Assembly: GCA_964291285.2 (NCBI GenBank)
Contig: OZ219787.1
Location: forward strand, 320,001-384,000
Direction: 5' to 3'
DNA length: 64,000 nucleotides
DNA from: Alphaproteobacteria bacterium
GTDB lineage: Bacteria; Pseudomonadota; Alphaproteobacteria; Bin95
A program made the position numbers and the translations under genes. Every line of letters starts with the position of its first letter. The stretch's first letter is position 1. Of the stretch, positions 9,571 through 24,566 are shown piece by piece. The notes beneath the pieces are model-generated. The model ran no database searches and was not told where the DNA came from. It worked only from the letters and a program-made list of their open reading frames with translations.

Positions 9571-10587
9571 GTGCCGGCCGACCTCCTGAATGCAACGGTC
9601 CTGCTCGGCAACTATGTCCTCGTGCCGGGGCTCGCCTACGCGGCGCAGCTTGCGCTCGGGGCGCTCGGCATCACGCTCGTCTTCGGCATACTGCGCTTCG
9701 CCAATCTGGCCCATGGCGACCTGATGGCCTTCGGCACCATGGCAACCATTCTCGCGACCTGGCTGCTCCAGGCCTGGGGCGCCGGCCTCGGGCCCCTGCC
9801 GACGGCGCTCCTGGCGCTCCCCTTCGGCATCCTCGCCGCCATCGCCGCCGCGCTCGCCGCCGACCGGCTGGTGTTCCGTTTCTACCGCCGGCAGCGCAGC
9901 GCCCCCATCGTGCTCGTCATGGCCTCGCTCGGCGTCATGTTCCTGCTGAACGGCGCGGTGCGCTTCATCATCGGGCCCGGCGACCGGCAATTCACGGACG
10001 GCGAGCGCTTCGTCGTGAAGGCGCGGGAATTCAAGCGCGCCACGGGGCTCGCCGAAGGCCTCTCGATCAAGACGACGCAATGCCTGACCGTCGTCATTGC
10101 CATCATCGCCGTCTTCCTGCTCTTCCGCTTCCTGCAGCGCACCCGGACGGGCAAGTCCATGCGCGCCTACTCCGACAATGAGGACCTGGCGCTGCTTTCC
10201 GGCATAAATCCCGAGCGCGTCGTGCTCATCGCCTGGGCGATCGCGGCGGCGCTCGCCGCCATTGCGGGCGCGCTTTACGGCCTCGACAAGAGCTTCAAGC
10301 CCTTCACCTATTTCCAGCTCCTGCTGCCGATGTTCGCCGCCGCGATACTGGGCGGCATCGGCCAGCCGGTCGGCGCCATCGTCGGCGCGGTGATCGTCGC
10401 CTTCTCCGAGGTCACCGTCACCTATGCCTGGAAGAAGTTCCTGCACTACCTGCTGCCCGGTCCCTGGCAGCCGGACGGCCTCGCCCAGCTGCTCTCGACC
10501 GACTACAAGTTCGCCGTCTCCTTCATGATCCTGGTGCTCGTCCTGCTGCTCCGGCCGTCGGGCATATTCCGGGGGCGGGTGCTGTGA
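9571..10587 (+). CDS. ABC transporter permease (LivH-like)
   Basis: Multi-TM; FANLAHGD, TRTGKSMRA, RPSGIF. Confidence 0.88.
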   Translation: MPADLLNATVLLGNYVLVPGLAYAAQLALGALGITLVFGILRFANLAHGDLMAFGTMATILATWLLQAWGAGLGPLPTALLALPFGILAAIAAALAADRLVFRFYRRQRSAPIVLVMASLGVMFLLNGAVRFIIGPGDRQFTDGERFVVKAREFKRATGLAEGLSIKTTQCLTVVIAIIAVFLLFRFLQRTRTGKSMRAYSDNEDLALLSGINPERVVLIAWAIAAALAAIAGALYGLDKSFKPFTYFQLLLPMFAAAILGGIGQPVGAIVGAVIVAFSEVTVTYAWKKFLHYLLPGPWQPDGLAQLLSTDYKFAVSFMILVLVLLLRPSGIFRGRVL

Positions 10588-11945
10588 CGCCGGCGCTCAG
10601 GAACGCGACGGCGCTCGCCATTGTGGGCGCGGGGCTGGCCGCGGTCGGCTTCGGCCAGTCCTGGCCGCTGGCGCTGGCGGTGCTCAATCTCTGTCTCATC
10701 TCCGCCCTCATGTCGCTCGCGGTGAACATCCAGTGGGGTTATGCGGGCCTCTTCAATATCGGCATCATGGGATTCGCGGCGCTGGGCGGGCTTGCGGGCG
10801 TGCTCGTCTCCCGCCCGCCCGTGCCGGCCGCCTGGGCGGCGGGCGGCGGCGGGCTGTTCATCGCGCTCCTCATCCTGATGGCGGCGGGCGGGCTTGCGCT
10901 GGCGCTTGCCCGATACATGCCCCGCAACCGCGCCCGCACGGCGGCGCTCGCCGCGGTCGTGCTCGTTGGGCTCTTCGGCGCGGGAGTCTTCTTCGATCCG
11001 GCGGTCGATGCCATCGAGGCGGTGGAGCCCGCGAAGACCGGCTATCTCGGCGGCCTCGGCCTGCCGATCATCCTCTCCTGGTTCGCGGGCGGGCTGCTCG
11101 CCGCCGGGGCCGCCTTCGTCATCGGGCGGATCGCGCTCGGGCTGCGCTCGGACTATTTCGCCATCGCCACGCTCGGCATATCCGAGATCGTCATCGCCGT
11201 GCTCAAGAACGAGGACTGGCTGACGCGCGGGGTGAAGAACGTGACCGGCCTCGACCGCCCGGTGCCCTACGAGGTGGACCTGCAGCGGGACCCCTGGTTC
11301 GTCGACCTCGTGGCCGTGCTGCACAGCCGGAGCCTGGAGGCGCTCTCGGGAGAGGCGCATGAAGCCGCGCTCCGGGAGTTCGCGGTCCAGTCCTCCAGCC
11401 TGTTCGTGAAGCTCTGTTATGCGGGCCTGTTCCTCGCCGTGCTGGCGGTCGTGTTCTGGCTCTCGGAGCGCGCGCTGCATTCCCCCTGGGGCCGGATGAT
11501 GCGGGCGATCCGCGACAATGAGACCGCCGCCGGCGCCATGGGCAAGGACGTGACCCGCCGCCACCGGCAGGTGTTCATACTCGGCTCCGCCGTGGTCGGC
11601 GTCGCCGGCGCCATGCTGACCACGCTCGACGGCCAGTTCACCCCGGCGGGCTACCAGCCGCTGCGCTTCACCTTCCTCATCTGGGTGATGGTGGTGGTCG
11701 GCGGCTCCGGCAACAATCTGGGCGCGGTGCTGGGCGGCTTCCTCATCTGGTTCGTCTGGATCGAGGCGGAGCCGGCGGGCCTCTGGCTGATGCAGGCGCT
11801 GACGGCGGGCCTGCCCGAAGGGAGCGCCTTCCGCGAGCACCTGCTGGAAAGCGCAGCGCATATGCGCCCGTTGGTCATGGGCCTCATCCTGCTGCTCGTC
11901 ATGCGCTTCCGCCCCCGCGGCCTCATTCCTGCCGGCGGGCGGTGA
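10584..11945 (+). CDS. ABC transporter permease (LivM-like)
   Basis: Multi-TM; [35 protein letters not shown]. Confidence 0.88.
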   Translation: MTPALRNATALAIVGAGLAAVGFGQSWPLALAVLNLCLISALMSLAVNIQWGYAGLFNIGIMGFAALGGLAGVLVSRPPVPAAWAAGGGGLFIALLILMAAGGLALALARYMPRNRARTAALAAVVLVGLFGAGVFFDPAVDAIEAVEPAKTGYLGGLGLPIILSWFAGGLLAAGAAFVIGRIALGLRSDYFAIATLGISEIVIAVLKNEDWLTRGVKNVTGLDRPVPYEVDLQRDPWFVDLVAVLHSRSLEALSGEAHEAALREFAVQSSSLFVKLCYAGLFLAVLAVVFWLSERALHSPWGRMMRAIRDNETAAGAMGKDVTRRHRQVFILGSAVVGVAGAMLTTLDGQFTPAGYQPLRFTFLIWVMVVVGGSGNNLGAVLGGFLIWFVWIEAEPAGLWLMQALTAGLPEGSAFREHLLESAAHMRPLVMGLILLLVMRFRPRGLIPAGGR

Positions 11946-12054
11946 GTCCCGGAGCCACGCGCAGGCCCCGCCGGACCGGTTGACCCCGACAGGGCCGAGC
12001 GCCAGAGTCCCGCCTTCCCGAAGTCCCGCGGCAATGGAGGCGGAAGCGCGCCCG

Positions 12055-12831
12055 ATGAACTACGAACATATCCTGGTCGAAACCCGGGGGGCGGTCGGCA
12101 TCGTCACCCTGAACCGCCCGGAAGCGCTGAATGCGCTTTGCGCGAAGCTGATCGAGGAGCTGGCCGGGGCGCTCGACGCCTTCGAGGCCGACGACGCCAT
12201 CGGCTGCGTCGTGGTGACGGGCTCCGAGCGCGCCTTCGCCGCCGGGGCCGACATCAAGGAGATGCAGCCCAAGACCTATATGGACGCCTATCTGGAGGAC
12301 TTCATCACCGTCGGCTGGGAGCGGGTGACGGGCTGCCGCAAGCCGGTGATCGCGGCGGTGGCGGGCTATGCGCTCGGCGGCGGCTGCGAGATGGCGATGA
12401 TGTGCGATTTCATCATCGCCGCCGACACGGCGCGGTTCGGCCAGCCCGAGATCAACCTCGGCGCGCTGCCGGGCGGCGGCGGCACGCAGCGCCTGGCGCG
12501 CTTCATCGGCAAGTCGAAGACCATGGACATGTGCCTGACGGGCCGGATGATGGATGCGGCCGAGGCCGAGCGCTCGGGCCTGGTGAGCCGCGTGGTGCCG
12601 GCCGACAAGCTGCTCGATGCGGCGGTCGAGGTCGCGGCGTCGATCGCCGCCAAGTCGCGCCCTGCCGCGATGATCACCAAGGAATGCGTCAACCGCGCCT
12701 ACGAGATGCCGCTCTCCGAGGGGGTGAAGTTCGAGCGGCGCATGTTCCACTCGACCTTCGCCACCGAGGACCAGAAGGAAGGCATGGCCGCCTTCATCGA
12801 AAAGCGCGAGCCCGTCTTCAAGGGGCGTTGA
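12055..12831 (+). CDS. Enoyl-CoA hydratase (crotonase)
   Basis: [35 protein letters not shown]. Confidence 0.92.
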   Translation: MNYEHILVETRGAVGIVTLNRPEALNALCAKLIEELAGALDAFEADDAIGCVVVTGSERAFAAGADIKEMQPKTYMDAYLEDFITVGWERVTGCRKPVIAAVAGYALGGGCEMAMMCDFIIAADTARFGQPEINLGALPGGGGTQRLARFIGKSKTMDMCLTGRMMDAAEAERSGLVSRVVPADKLLDAAVEVAASIAAKSRPAAMITKECVNRAYEMPLSEGVKFERRMFHSTFATEDQKEGMAAFIEKREPVFKGR

Positions 12832-12839
12832 AAGCGCGG

Positions 12840-12866
12840 GGCCGGTCTCGAACGGTGAGGCCGGCC
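12840..12866. terminator. GC-rich hairpin between convergent genes
   Basis: ggccggtctc / gaggccggcc inverted repeat just after the enoyl-CoA hydratase stop; no clear U-tract. Confidence 0.4.
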
Positions 12867-12887
12867 TGCACTCCTTCCGAACCGCTG

Positions 12888-13706
12888 CTATGCCGTTCCG
12901 GTCTTCGCCTCAAGAAGATCGGCGCAAGAGCCTAATTCGACGCCGAAGCGGAGAAGTCCGGCAAGATTACGGTTTCCCCCACGGTGGGTAAGCCAGCAGC
13001 AACAAGTGCTCATGCCGGCACAATGCGCAAGGCGTTCAATGAATTTCTGGAATTGCTCCTGGACGGATTTCCTGACGTTATATACGAACAGGATTGCGAC
13101 CCCCGGTTGTCTGCTCGCAACATATGCTTTCAGCGCATCCGACAGCCGAGAAAAATCGTTTCTGTGAAGCCTGTTGCTACATTCATCGCCATCATCATCA
13201 CTATATGTCATTGGGTCCATGCTGAATAACCATGGCATTTGAAGATTATAAGGGCAGGATAGAATACCCGTTTGCAATTCCGTACGCCAAGAGGCGCAGC
13301 ATGCTTTGACTTTCGAGTTACGACAGGCGTGTGTAAGCCATTTATGTTTTGCAGGGCAAATTTCTGTAATGCCACCATATAGCTTTTCAGAGCCAATTAT
13401 AGCTTTCAACAACTCCAGAGAATTAGGATAGCGTTTCTCGGTCGCGCCTGTTTTCCTATAAGCGTGAACTATCGCTCTCTCGTTTCCTGATTGCCGCTTG
13501 GTGGCTTCTTTCAACGCCCATTTTATGTCCCTCCGGGTCAGTCCGGGCCTCATTTCCTGAAGTGGTATCTCGAATGGCTCGTACGGTTTCATACCGTGCG
13601 TCAGCGCCAAATGAAGCCTTCCCTCGCAATCCATGTCGGCAAGGCGCCTCGCCGCGGCAACCTCGATAGAGTGTTGCAGGTAATTTCCGTCGTTGCCTTT
13701 TGCCAT
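12888..13706 (-). CDS. Hypothetical protein, divergent RlmJ-like SAM-dependent methyltransferase fold; AT-richer than its flanks
   Basis: Ordered motif resemblance to RlmJ: GNYLQH, LTHG, YPNS, TEICP, FSMDPMTY, GVAILFVY. Confidence 0.5.
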   Translation of the reverse strand: MAKGNDGNYLQHSIEVAAARRLADMDCEGRLHLALTHGMKPYEPFEIPLQEMRPGLTRRDIKWALKEATKRQSGNERAIVHAYRKTGATEKRYPNSLELLKAIIGSEKLYGGITEICPAKHKWLTHACRNSKVKACCASWRTELQTGILSCPYNLQMPWLFSMDPMTYSDDDGDECSNRLHRNDFSRLSDALKAYVASRQPGVAILFVYNVRKSVQEQFQKFIERLAHCAGMSTCCCWLTHRGGNRNLAGLLRFGVELGSCADLLEAKTGTA

Positions 13707-13728
13707 GTCACCGTTCGCCCCGGTAACC

Positions 13729-15396
13729 TCACCCCACTGGCAATGCGCGCGTCAGGATGGCGTCCGTGTCCGTGCCGGGCGGCAGAGTGCCGTAGGCGCC
13801 GGTCCAGCGGTCGCCCAGCCGGCTGGCGCAGAAGGCGTCGGCGACCGCCTGCGGCGCGTGGCGGACGAGCAGGGAGGCCTGCAGCGCCAGCGCCATCCGC
13901 TCGGTGAGCGCCCGGGCGCCGGACTCGAACTCTTCCGGCTTTGAGAGGTCGTCCCGGAGCGCGTCGGCCGCCCCGTCGAGCCCCGGATGCGCGCCGCGCG
14001 CGGCGTCGATCTCCGCCAGCAGCGCCGGCACGGCCTCCTCCTCGCGGGCCATGGCGCGCAGCACGTCGAGGCAAAGCACGTTGCCCGAGCCTTCCCAGAT
14101 GCTGTTGAGCGGCGCTTCCCTGTAGAGTCGGGCCATCGGCCCGTCCTCGATGTAGCCGGGGCCGCCATGGCACTCCAGCGCCTCGAACGCATGGCCCGGC
14201 GCGCGCTTGCAGACCCAGTATTTGGCAATCGCCGTGCTGATGCGCGCGAAGGCCCGCGCCTGCGGACCGTCTTCGGCCTCGTCCACGGCGCGGGCGGTCC
14301 TGAGGCCGAGCGCCAGCGCCGCCTCGGCTTCCAGCGCAAGGTCGGCCAGCACATTGCGCATGAGCGGCTGGTCGGCGAGCCGGCGCTGGAAGGCGCTGCG
14401 GTGGCGGGTGTGGTGAAGGGCCTGCACGACGCCCTGGCGCATCAGGGCCGCGGAGCTGACCGCGCAATAGAGCCGGTTGCCCTGCACCATGTCGATGATG
14501 GTGCGGATGCCGCGCCCGTCCTCGCCGACCATGACGGCCCAGGCGTCCTCCAGCTCGATCTCGACGGAGGCGTTGGAGCGGTTGCCGAGCTTGTCCTTGA
14601 TATGCCGGATCGAGATGGCGTTGCGCTCGCCCTCCGGCGTCCAGCGGGGCAGCAGGAAGCAGGAAATGCCGGCATCGGTCCGGGCAAGCGTCAGGAAGGC
14701 GTCCGACATCGGCGCTGAGCAGAAATATTTGTGCCCGGTGAGCCGCCAGGCGCCGTCCGCACCACCGTTCGCCGGCCTCGCGACGGTCGAGTTGGAGCGG
14801 ACGTCGGACCCGCCCTGCTTCTCGGTCATGAACATGCCGACGGTGCCGCCGGGCTTGTCCTCCACCGGCACATCGCGCCCGTCATAACGGCCGGACAGCG
14901 CGCGCGGGACCCAGGCTTCGGCGATGGCCGGCGACGCCCTGAGCGCGGGGACCGCCGCGTAGGTCATCGCCATCGAGCACATCACGCCGCATTCCACCTG
15001 GCTGATCAGGTAGGTCAGCGCCATATGGCCGACATGCGCGCCCGGCCCGGCATGGTTCCAGGCGAAGCTCGCAACCTCGTTCCCGACCGCGAGCGCCATC
15101 AGGTCGTGATAGGCGGGGTGGTATTCGACCCGGTCGATCCGCATGCCGTAGCGGTCGAAGGGTTTCAGTTCTGGACCGTGGCGGTTGGCCTGTTCCGCCT
15201 TCTCCGCCACTTCGGCGCGGCCGATAAGGCGCCCGAACGCGGCGATGCGGTCCTCCGCCCAGGCTGCGCCCTCGCGCCGCACGCCTTCCCGGAGCGCCGC
15301 GTCCTCGGCCCAGAGGTCCCGGTCGCCCATGTGCGGCGGCATGTTGAAGACGTCATGTGTCGCCAGCGCCGCGCGCGGCCTGAGCGGAGCGGTCAA
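13729..15396 (-). CDS. aidB: AidB-like acyl-CoA dehydrogenase
   Basis: THDVFN N-terminus, [45 protein letters not shown]. Confidence 0.85.
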   Translation of the reverse strand: MTAPLRPRAALATHDVFNMPPHMGDRDLWAEDAALREGVRREGAAWAEDRIAAFGRLIGRAEVAEKAEQANRHGPELKPFDRYGMRIDRVEYHPAYHDLMALAVGNEVASFAWNHAGPGAHVGHMALTYLISQVECGVMCSMAMTYAAVPALRASPAIAEAWVPRALSGRYDGRDVPVEDKPGGTVGMFMTEKQGGSDVRSNSTVARPANGGADGAWRLTGHKYFCSAPMSDAFLTLARTDAGISCFLLPRWTPEGERNAISIRHIKDKLGNRSNASVEIELEDAWAVMVGEDGRGIRTIIDMVQGNRLYCAVSSAALMRQGVVQALHHTRHRSAFQRRLADQPLMRNVLADLALEAEAALALGLRTARAVDEAEDGPQARAFARISTAIAKYWVCKRAPGHAFEALECHGGPGYIEDGPMARLYREAPLNSIWEGSGNVLCLDVLRAMAREEEAVPALLAEIDAARGAHPGLDGAADALRDDLSKPEEFESGARALTERMALALQASLLVRHAPQAVADAFCASRLGDRWTGAYGTLPPGTDTDAILTRALPVG

Positions 15397-17258
15397 CGCG
15401 CCGGCCTGGGGGCGCCGCGCGCCTGGCGGCGGCGGCTTTCCTCGTCGAAGAGGCCGGCGAGCTGCTCCATCATCGCCCCGCCGAGCTGGTCGGCGTCGAA
15501 GATCGTCACCGCATGGCGGTAATAGCGGGTCACGTCATGGCCGATGCCGATGGCGATCAGCTCCACCGGTGAGCGCGTCTCGATCCACTCGATGACCTCG
15601 CGCAGATGGCGTTCGAGATAGTTGCCGGGATTGACCGAAAGCGTGGAATCGTCCACCGGCGCGCCGTCCGAGATGACCATGAGGATGCGCCTGTCCTCCG
15701 GCCGGCCGAGCAGGCGTTGGTGCGCCCAGAGCAGCGCCTCGCCGTCGATGTTCTCCTTCAATATGCCCTCGCGGAGCATCAGGCCCAGATTCCTGCGCGC
15801 CCGGCGCAGCGGTGAGTCGGCCTCCTTGTAGACGATGTGGCGCAGGTCGTTCAGCCGGCCCGGATTGGCGGGCTTGCCGGCCGCGAGCCACTTCTCGCGC
15901 GACTGCCCGCCCTTCCAGGCGCGGGTGGTGAAGCCCAGAACCTCGGTCTTGACCCCGCAGCGCTCCAGCGTGCGGGCGAGAATGTCGGCGCTCATTGCCG
16001 CGACCGAGATCGGCCGGCCCCGCATGGAGCCGGAATTGTCGATCAGCAGCGACACCACCGTGTCGCGGAAATCGGTCTGCTTCTCCATCTTGTAGGAGAG
16101 CGAGCGGATCGGGTCGGCCACGACGCGCGCGAGGCGGGCGGCGTCCAGCAGCCCCTCCTCCAGGTCGAACTCCCAGGCCCGCACCTGCTGGGCCATCAGG
16201 CGGCGCTGCAGGCGGTTGGCGAGCCGGCTGACGACCCCCTGGAGGCTCGCAAGCTGCTGGTCGAGATGGTGGCGCAGGCGGGCGAGCTCGTCCGCATCGC
16301 ACAGCTCTTCGGCATGGACGATCTCGTCGAACTCCCCGGTCCATGGCATGTAGGCCGGCCCGGCATTGTCATTGCGGCCGTGCATCGGGTGTTCCTGCGG
16401 CGAGGACCGGCCGGGCTCCTCGTCGCCCATGCCCGGCATGATCTCCGCATCGGCGTCGTCCGCGCCGGCCTCCCCGGTATCCTCTCCCTCGACATCCGAC
16501 ATGTCCGAGGCATCCGACATCAGCGTCCCGTCGCTCTCGCCCTCGGTCCCGTCGCCCTCGCCGTCCTCGGACGAATCGTCGGCGTCGTCTTCGGAGCCTT
16601 CCTCCTCGCCGGATGCCGCATCGTCGAGCAGCTCCAGGTCTTCCATCAGGCGCCCGGCGAGCGCCGCAAACGCCTCCTGGTCGTGAATCTGGCCGGCCAT
16701 GCGGGCGAACGCCTTTGCGGCGCGCTCGTCGAACCAGTCCCGCCAGAGGTCGAGCACCCCGGACGCCACGGGCGAGGAGGCCTGTCCGCTGAGCGTTTCG
16801 CGGGCATAGAGGCCGACGGCCTCCGCCAGCGGCACGTCATCGGCCGAGGCGGCGCGGGTGAAACCCTGCCGCCGGCAGCGCTCATCGACGGCCGCGGAGA
16901 GGTTGCGCGCCGCGCCCGTCATGTGGCGTGCGCCCCAAGCCTCGACCCGCGCCTGTTCCAGCGCATCGAACACGGCGCGCGCCTGCGGGCCGCCGCGCGC
17001 GAGCCGCGCATGCATCTCGGCGTCGTGATGGCGCTCGCGCAGGGCCAGGGAATCGGCTTCGCCGCGCACGAAGGCGGCTTCGGCCGCCGGCAGGTCGCGC
17101 CCCGGCATCGGCAGCTTGGCGTGGCCCCGCTCCAGCGACGCCCGGTCGGGTCCGAAGGAGACTTCCAGCTCGTCCATGTCGCCGATCGCGCGCATGGTGG
17201 CGGCCGTCACCCGCTTGAACGAGTCGAGCGGCGTCTCCTTGTCCCCGGCAAGGCTCAT
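15393..17258 (-). CDS. cobT: Cobaltochelatase subunit CobT
   Basis: Acidic linker, vWA domain ([23 protein letters not shown]), lies directly downstream of cobS. Confidence 0.93.
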   Translation of the reverse strand: MSLAGDKETPLDSFKRVTAATMRAIGDMDELEVSFGPDRASLERGHAKLPMPGRDLPAAEAAFVRGEADSLALRERHHDAEMHARLARGGPQARAVFDALEQARVEAWGARHMTGAARNLSAAVDERCRRQGFTRAASADDVPLAEAVGLYARETLSGQASSPVASGVLDLWRDWFDERAAKAFARMAGQIHDQEAFAALAGRLMEDLELLDDAASGEEEGSEDDADDSSEDGEGDGTEGESDGTLMSDASDMSDVEGEDTGEAGADDADAEIMPGMGDEEPGRSSPQEHPMHGRNDNAGPAYMPWTGEFDEIVHAEELCDADELARLRHHLDQQLASLQGVVSRLANRLQRRLMAQQVRAWEFDLEEGLLDAARLARVVADPIRSLSYKMEKQTDFRDTVVSLLIDNSGSMRGRPISVAAMSADILARTLERCGVKTEVLGFTTRAWKGGQSREKWLAAGKPANPGRLNDLRHIVYKEADSPLRRARRNLGLMLREGILKENIDGEALLWAHQRLLGRPEDRRILMVISDGAPVDDSTLSVNPGNYLERHLREVIEWIETRSPVELIAIGIGHDVTRYYRHAVTIFDADQLGGAMMEQLAGLFDEESRRRQARGAPRPAR

Positions 17259-18262
17259 GGTGCGCGGCCGATCCCCGACGCCACCACGGACTCGGGCAGC
17301 TCGCTGTCGAAGCAGCGCTGGAAATACTCGGCCACGATGGGCCGCTCCGCCTCGTCGCACTTGTTGAGGAAAGTGACGCGGAAGGCGAAGCCGAGATCGT
17401 TGAAGATGCGCGTGTTCTCGGCCCATGTGATGACGGTGCGCGGCGACATGACGGTGGAAATGTCGCCGTTCATGAAGCCCCGGCGGGTGAGCTCCGCAAG
17501 CTGGATCATCTGCTTGCCGCGCTCGAGCCCCTTCTTGTCGGAGAGCTCCGGCACCTTGGCGAGGATGATCTTCAACTCCTCGTCCTCGGGCAGGTAGTTC
17601 AGGGTCGCCACCACGTTCCAGCGGTCCATCTGGCCCTGGTTGATCTGCTGGGTGCCGTGATAGAGGCCGGTCGTGTCGCCGAGGCCGACCGTGTTCGAGG
17701 TCGCGAACAGCCGGAAGGACGGGTGCGGGCGGATGACCCGGTTCTGGTCGAGCAGCGTCATCTTGCCCTCGACCTCGAGCACGCGCTGGATGACGAACAT
17801 CACGTCCGGGCGGCCGGCATCATATTCGTCGAAGACGATGGCGGTCGCGTGCTGCAGCGCCCAGGGCAGCATGCCCTCGCGGAATTCGGTGACCTGCTTG
17901 CCGTCGCGCACCACGATGGCGTCGCGGCCGACAAGGTCGATGCGGCTCACATGGCTGTCGAGATTGATGCGGATGCACGGCCAGTTGAGCCGGGCCGCGA
18001 CCTGCTCGATATGGGTCGATTTGCCGGTGCCGTGATAGCCCTGGATCATCACGCGGCGGTTGTGGGCGAAGCCGGCCAGGATCACGAGCGTGGTCTGTTC
18101 GTCGAAATGGTAGGCGGTATCGATCTCGGGCACGTAGGCGTTCGCCTCCGAGAAGGCGGGCGCGACCATGTCCGTGTCGATCCCGAAGACCTCGCGCACG
18201 GAAATTGTCTTGTCGGGCTCGCGGGTATGCGCGTCGCTCTGGATGCCGTGCATCGTGCTCAT
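17255..18262 (-). CDS. cobS: Cobaltochelatase subunit CobS (AAA+)
   Basis: [40 protein letters not shown]. Confidence 0.95.
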   Translation of the reverse strand: MSTMHGIQSDAHTREPDKTISVREVFGIDTDMVAPAFSEANAYVPEIDTAYHFDEQTTLVILAGFAHNRRVMIQGYHGTGKSTHIEQVAARLNWPCIRINLDSHVSRIDLVGRDAIVVRDGKQVTEFREGMLPWALQHATAIVFDEYDAGRPDVMFVIQRVLEVEGKMTLLDQNRVIRPHPSFRLFATSNTVGLGDTTGLYHGTQQINQGQMDRWNVVATLNYLPEDEELKIILAKVPELSDKKGLERGKQMIQLAELTRRGFMNGDISTVMSPRTVITWAENTRIFNDLGFAFRVTFLNKCDEAERPIVAEYFQRCFDSELPESVVASGIGRAP

Positions 18263-18290
18263 GCGATTTTCCAACCGGCTTGGTGACAGG

Positions 18291-18824
18291 CTACCGGGCC
18301 GGCGCCGCCGAAAGCGCCTCGTGCAGGACCCGGTAGGCACGGGTTATGGATTTCATTCGTTCCTCCGACGCCGGGCAGCCGCCATTGGCGTCGGGATGGT
18401 GGTGCTTGACCAGTTCCTTATAGCGCGATTTCAGCGCGGGGAGAGTCATGTCGTCGGAAAGCGCCATGGCCGCTGCCGCTTCCGCCTCCGGGCTTCCGGG
18501 CGGCCAGCGCCGCGAGGGCGGCGTCCGGGCGGCGGCTCCGCCGAAGATGTCGAGGGGATCGTCGAAGGCGGGTGAGGCGCTGAAGCGGCCATACCGCCCG
18601 CCGGGCTCCAGGCTGCTGCGCACCGCCGCGTCGATATCCGCCCGGTCCATATCGGGGCAGAAGCTCCATTCGCGGTTGTAGGCGCGGACATGGTCCAGGC
18701 AGAACCAGACATAGTCGTGCAGCCGGTCCGATGCGCGCGGCGCCGGATAGGAGGCTGCCGCCCGGCAGCCCGGCCATTCGCAGCGGGCGCCGGGAGCGGG
18801 GCGCTGTCGGGTGTGATAGACCAT
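18291..18824 (-). CDS. DnaJ-domain protein
   Basis: N-terminal C..PGC/FCLDHVR motif and C-terminal J domain with HPD; typical neighbour of cobS; start uncertain. Confidence 0.8.
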   Translation of the reverse strand: MVYHTRQRPAPGARCEWPGCRAAASYPAPRASDRLHDYVWFCLDHVRAYNREWSFCPDMDRADIDAAVRSSLEPGGRYGRFSASPAFDDPLDIFGGAAARTPPSRRWPPGSPEAEAAAAMALSDDMTLPALKSRYKELVKHHHPDANGGCPASEERMKSITRAYRVLHEALSAAPAR

Positions 18825-18874
18825 GACCGTCCGAGTATGGAAACACCGCAGCAAGGGAACAAGGGGGCCGGGCC

Positions 18875-19135
18875 ATGGCTGTCCGCGACGATATCGCCCG
18901 CAAGCTCCGCGAGGCGTTCGAGCCGAGCCGGCTCGAGGTGATCGACGAATCGCACCTGCATGCAGGCCATGTCGGCGCCCGGCCGGGCGGGGAATCGCAT
19001 TTCCGCGTGGAGATCGCGGCCGGCGCCTTCCGTGGCATGAGCCGCGTCGCCCGGCAGAAGGCCGTGTATGGCGTGCTGGCCGAGGAGATGGCGGGGCCGG
19101 TGCATGCGCTGTCGATCCGGGCGGAGGACGGTTAG
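18875..19135 (+). CDS. bolA: BolA family protein
   Basis: DESHLHAGH, ESHFRV, VHALSI. Confidence 0.9.
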   Translation: MAVRDDIARKLREAFEPSRLEVIDESHLHAGHVGARPGGESHFRVEIAAGAFRGMSRVARQKAVYGVLAEEMAGPVHALSIRAEDG

Positions 19136-19716
19136 CCCGGCCGGGCCGGCTCCGCCTCGCGGTATTCCTCCGGCCAGAGCGTCCTGACCACCGGGCTCGA
19201 CCGGGCGAACGCCATGCAGGAGTCGAGGCCGGGACCGCCCTTCATGCTCTCCGCCTCGCTCATGCCGGCCTGTCGGCGCTGATGCTCCCGCCAGGGGCCG
19301 AGGGTCTGGTAGGCGCTGGTGCCGAGCGGATAGAGCAATTCCAGGATATGCGTGCAGCCGGCGGTCCGGCCGTAACGCTCCTTGACCCGGCGCATCCAGC
19401 CCGGGCCGATGCGCAGCCCGACAAGGCGGGAAAAGTTCCCGGCGGCGTCCGCGCAGACGGCATAAGGGCTTTCCAGCGTCTCGGCTTCGGCGGCGAGGAT
19501 CGTCAGGCGGTCGTCGAGGGTGAGCCTGACCCGCATCCGGTGGACCGGGACGCCCGGCTCGACCCGACCGCGCCAGTGGTTCTCGAAGGCGTAGGTCTTG
19601 GTATCGACGAGTTCGGCCTCCAGGTCCCAGAGCCCGTCCTCGCGCAGGAAACCCTCGCAACGGACCTGGCGGCTGTGGATGTGGCGGCGGCGGGGCGCAG
19701 GCGGGGAGAGCGGCAA
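19132..19716 (-). CDS. DUF2889 family protein
   Basis: RRHIHSRQV...REDGLWD.E..LVDTK, GCTHILEL. Confidence 0.75.
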   Translation of the reverse strand: MPLSPPAPRRRHIHSRQVRCEGFLREDGLWDLEAELVDTKTYAFENHWRGRVEPGVPVHRMRVRLTLDDRLTILAAEAETLESPYAVCADAAGNFSRLVGLRIGPGWMRRVKERYGRTAGCTHILELLYPLGTSAYQTLGPWREHQRRQAGMSEAESMKGGPGLDSCMAFARSSPVVRTLWPEEYREAEPARPG

Positions 19717-19770
19717 GGGCGGACGTTTCCTTCGCTGGGAGGCCGGGGTCGGCGGGCAGGGGACGGGGGC

Positions 19771-22464
<2,694 letters not shown>

Positions 22465-22587
22465 GAAGCGTTCCCCGAAAGATGGCAGGCCGGCCCGCAG
22501 GCGTCCCGCCCTTCGGCCAAGATTTAGAAACGCGGCCCGCCGCTGTCAACGCATCGGCGTCTTGGGCGACGGGCCGCGGGGAACCGA

Positions 22588-22797
22588 TCAGACGAATTGG
22601 ATGTTGTCGGCTGCGAATTTGCCCTTGCGCGGATCCCGGCGCAGTTCATAGCTGATCCGCTGGCCCTCGGCCGGAGCATTGAGGCCGGCGCGCTGCACCG
22701 CCGAAATATGGACGAAGACGTCGGCCCCGCCCTCGTCGGGTTCGATGAACCCGTATCCTTTGGTCGTGTTGAACCATTTCACGGTACCGGTAGCCAT
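22588..22797 (-). CDS. cspA: Cold-shock protein
   Basis: [24 protein letters not shown]. Confidence 0.93.
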   Translation of the reverse strand: MATGTVKWFNTTKGYGFIEPDEGGADVFVHISAVQRAGLNAPAEGQRISYELRRDPRKGKFAADNIQFV

Positions 22798-22900
22798 ACG
22801 AATCGACACTCCTTAGTCACGGCACGTCGTCTCTTTTCGGGTATTTGTTCAACGTCACGCGACGTGGTCGCGACGCAATCCGCCTTGTCATGGCGGCGGA

Positions 22901-23218
22901 CTATACCACGTTTGTCTCCATGAGCGCGCGGATATCCCGCAACTCCTCCAGAATGCTCCGCAATTCGGATTCCGGCACGTCCTGCCCCGACAGCGCCCTG
23001 CGCGCGCCCTCGATGGTGAAACGCCGTTCATGCAGCAGTTCGCGAATGGCCAGAATCGTATCGACATCCTCAGGGCGGTAATAGCGCCGCCCGCCGGCCC
23101 GCTTCAACGGCTGCAATTGTGGAAATTTGCTCTCCCAGAAACGAAGCACATGGGGCTCGAGCCCGACCTCCCGCGCGACTTCCGATATCGTGCGATAGGC
23201 GGTCGGGTGTTTTTCCAT
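22901..23218 (-). CDS. MerR family transcriptional regulator
   Basis: YRTISEVA...HVLRFWE..F...KRAGGRRYY; usual position after ihfA. Confidence 0.88.
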   Translation of the reverse strand: MEKHPTAYRTISEVAREVGLEPHVLRFWESKFPQLQPLKRAGGRRYYRPEDVDTILAIRELLHERRFTIEGARRALSGQDVPESELRSILEELRDIRALMETNVV

Positions 23219-23230
23219 GGAAGCCGGCGC

Positions 23231-23539
23231 CTACTCCGCCGCCGCGCCGCCCGCATTGACGCGCTGCTTCAACACCTGCGACGCGCGGAACGCGACCACG
23301 CGGCGAGGCGGAATGGCGACCTCTTCGCCGGTGCGCGGGTTGCGCCCCGTCCGCTCGCCCTTCATCCGCATGGTAAACGTGCCGAAGGAGGAGATCTTGA
23401 CCGTGCCTTCGGACTCCAGCGCCCAGACGAGTTCTTCCAGAACGGCTTCCACCAGCATTGCCGAATCGCTTCGCGAGAGGCCGATATTGCGATAGACCGC
23501 CTCGCAGAGGTCGGCGCGGGTCAGGGTCCTGCCACTCAT
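23231..23539 (-). CDS. ihfA: Integration host factor alpha subunit
   Basis: [26 protein letters not shown]. Confidence 0.93.
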   Translation of the reverse strand: MSGRTLTRADLCEAVYRNIGLSRSDSAMLVEAVLEELVWALESEGTVKISSFGTFTMRMKGERTGRNPRTGEEVAIPPRRVVAFRASQVLKQRVNAGGAAAE

Positions 23540-23600
23540 GAAAAGGACGCTAACCCGGACGCATATGTCCGGTCAACGCAGATACGGGCGGCATTGGCGC

Positions 23601-24566
23601 TCACCATCGGGCGAGCGCCGCGCCCCAGGTGAAACCGCCGCCCATCGCCTCAAGCAGCAGCATGTCGCCTTCCGCGATCCGCCCGTCCCCGACACCGGCC
23701 GCCAGGGCCAGGGGAATCGAGGCGGCCGAAGTGTTGGCGTGGCGGTCCACCGTCACGATCACCCGGTCGTCGCCAATGCCGAGCTTGCGCCCGGTGGCGC
23801 GCAGGATGCGCAGATTGGCCTGGTGCGGCACGATCCAGTCGATGGCCTCGGGCCCGAGGCCGTTGGCCGTCAGCGCCTCGTCAACGACCTCGGTGAGATT
23901 GGTGACCGCGTGCTTGAAGACTTCCCGCCCCTTCATCCGCAAATGCCCGACGGTCCGGGTCGATGACGGACCGCCATCTACATAGAGCAGGTCGCCATGG
24001 CGACCGTCCGAATGCAGGTGGGTGGACAGGAGGTGGCGCGGATCGTCCTCGCAGGCTTCCAGCACCACCGCGCCGGCGCCGTCGCCGAACAGCACGCTGG
24101 TCTCGCGCTCGTTCCAGTCCAGGATCCGGGAAAAGGTCTCGGCGCCGATCACCAGCGCGCTTCGCGACTGGCCGGCGCGGATGAAATTGTCCGCCACGGC
24201 AAGCGCGTAGATGAACCCGGAGCAGACCGCCTGGACATCGAATGCAACGCCCTCCGTCATGCCGAGCCCGGCCTGGACGGCCGTTGCCGTGGAGGGGAAG
24301 GTCCGGTCGGGCGTCGCGGTGGCGAGCACGATCAGGTCGAGTTCACAGGCGTCCCTTCCGGCGGCAGCGAGCGCGCGCCTGGACGCTTCGAGCGCGAGGT
24401 CCGAGGTCTTTTCATCCGGCGCGGCGATCCGCCGCTCGCGGATGCCGGTGCGTTCGCGGATCCAGGCGTCGGAGGTGTCCATGCGGGCCGCGAGCTCGTC
24501 ATTGGTGACGACGCGCTCCGGCAGATAGCCGCCGACGCCCCGGAATTGCGCCCGCCGTCCGGTCAA
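23601..24566 (-). CDS. fabH: Beta-ketoacyl-ACP synthase III
   Basis: AVCSGF catalytic Cys, PHQAN, ANTSAAS, GGGFTWG. Confidence 0.95.
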   Translation of the reverse strand: MTGRRAQFRGVGGYLPERVVTNDELAARMDTSDAWIRERTGIRERRIAAPDEKTSDLALEASRRALAAAGRDACELDLIVLATATPDRTFPSTATAVQAGLGMTEGVAFDVQAVCSGFIYALAVADNFIRAGQSRSALVIGAETFSRILDWNERETSVLFGDGAGAVVLEACEDDPRHLLSTHLHSDGRHGDLLYVDGGPSSTRTVGHLRMKGREVFKHAVTNLTEVVDEALTANGLGPEAIDWIVPHQANLRILRATGRKLGIGDDRVIVTVDRHANTSAASIPLALAAGVGDGRIAEGDMLLLEAMGGGFTWGAALARW

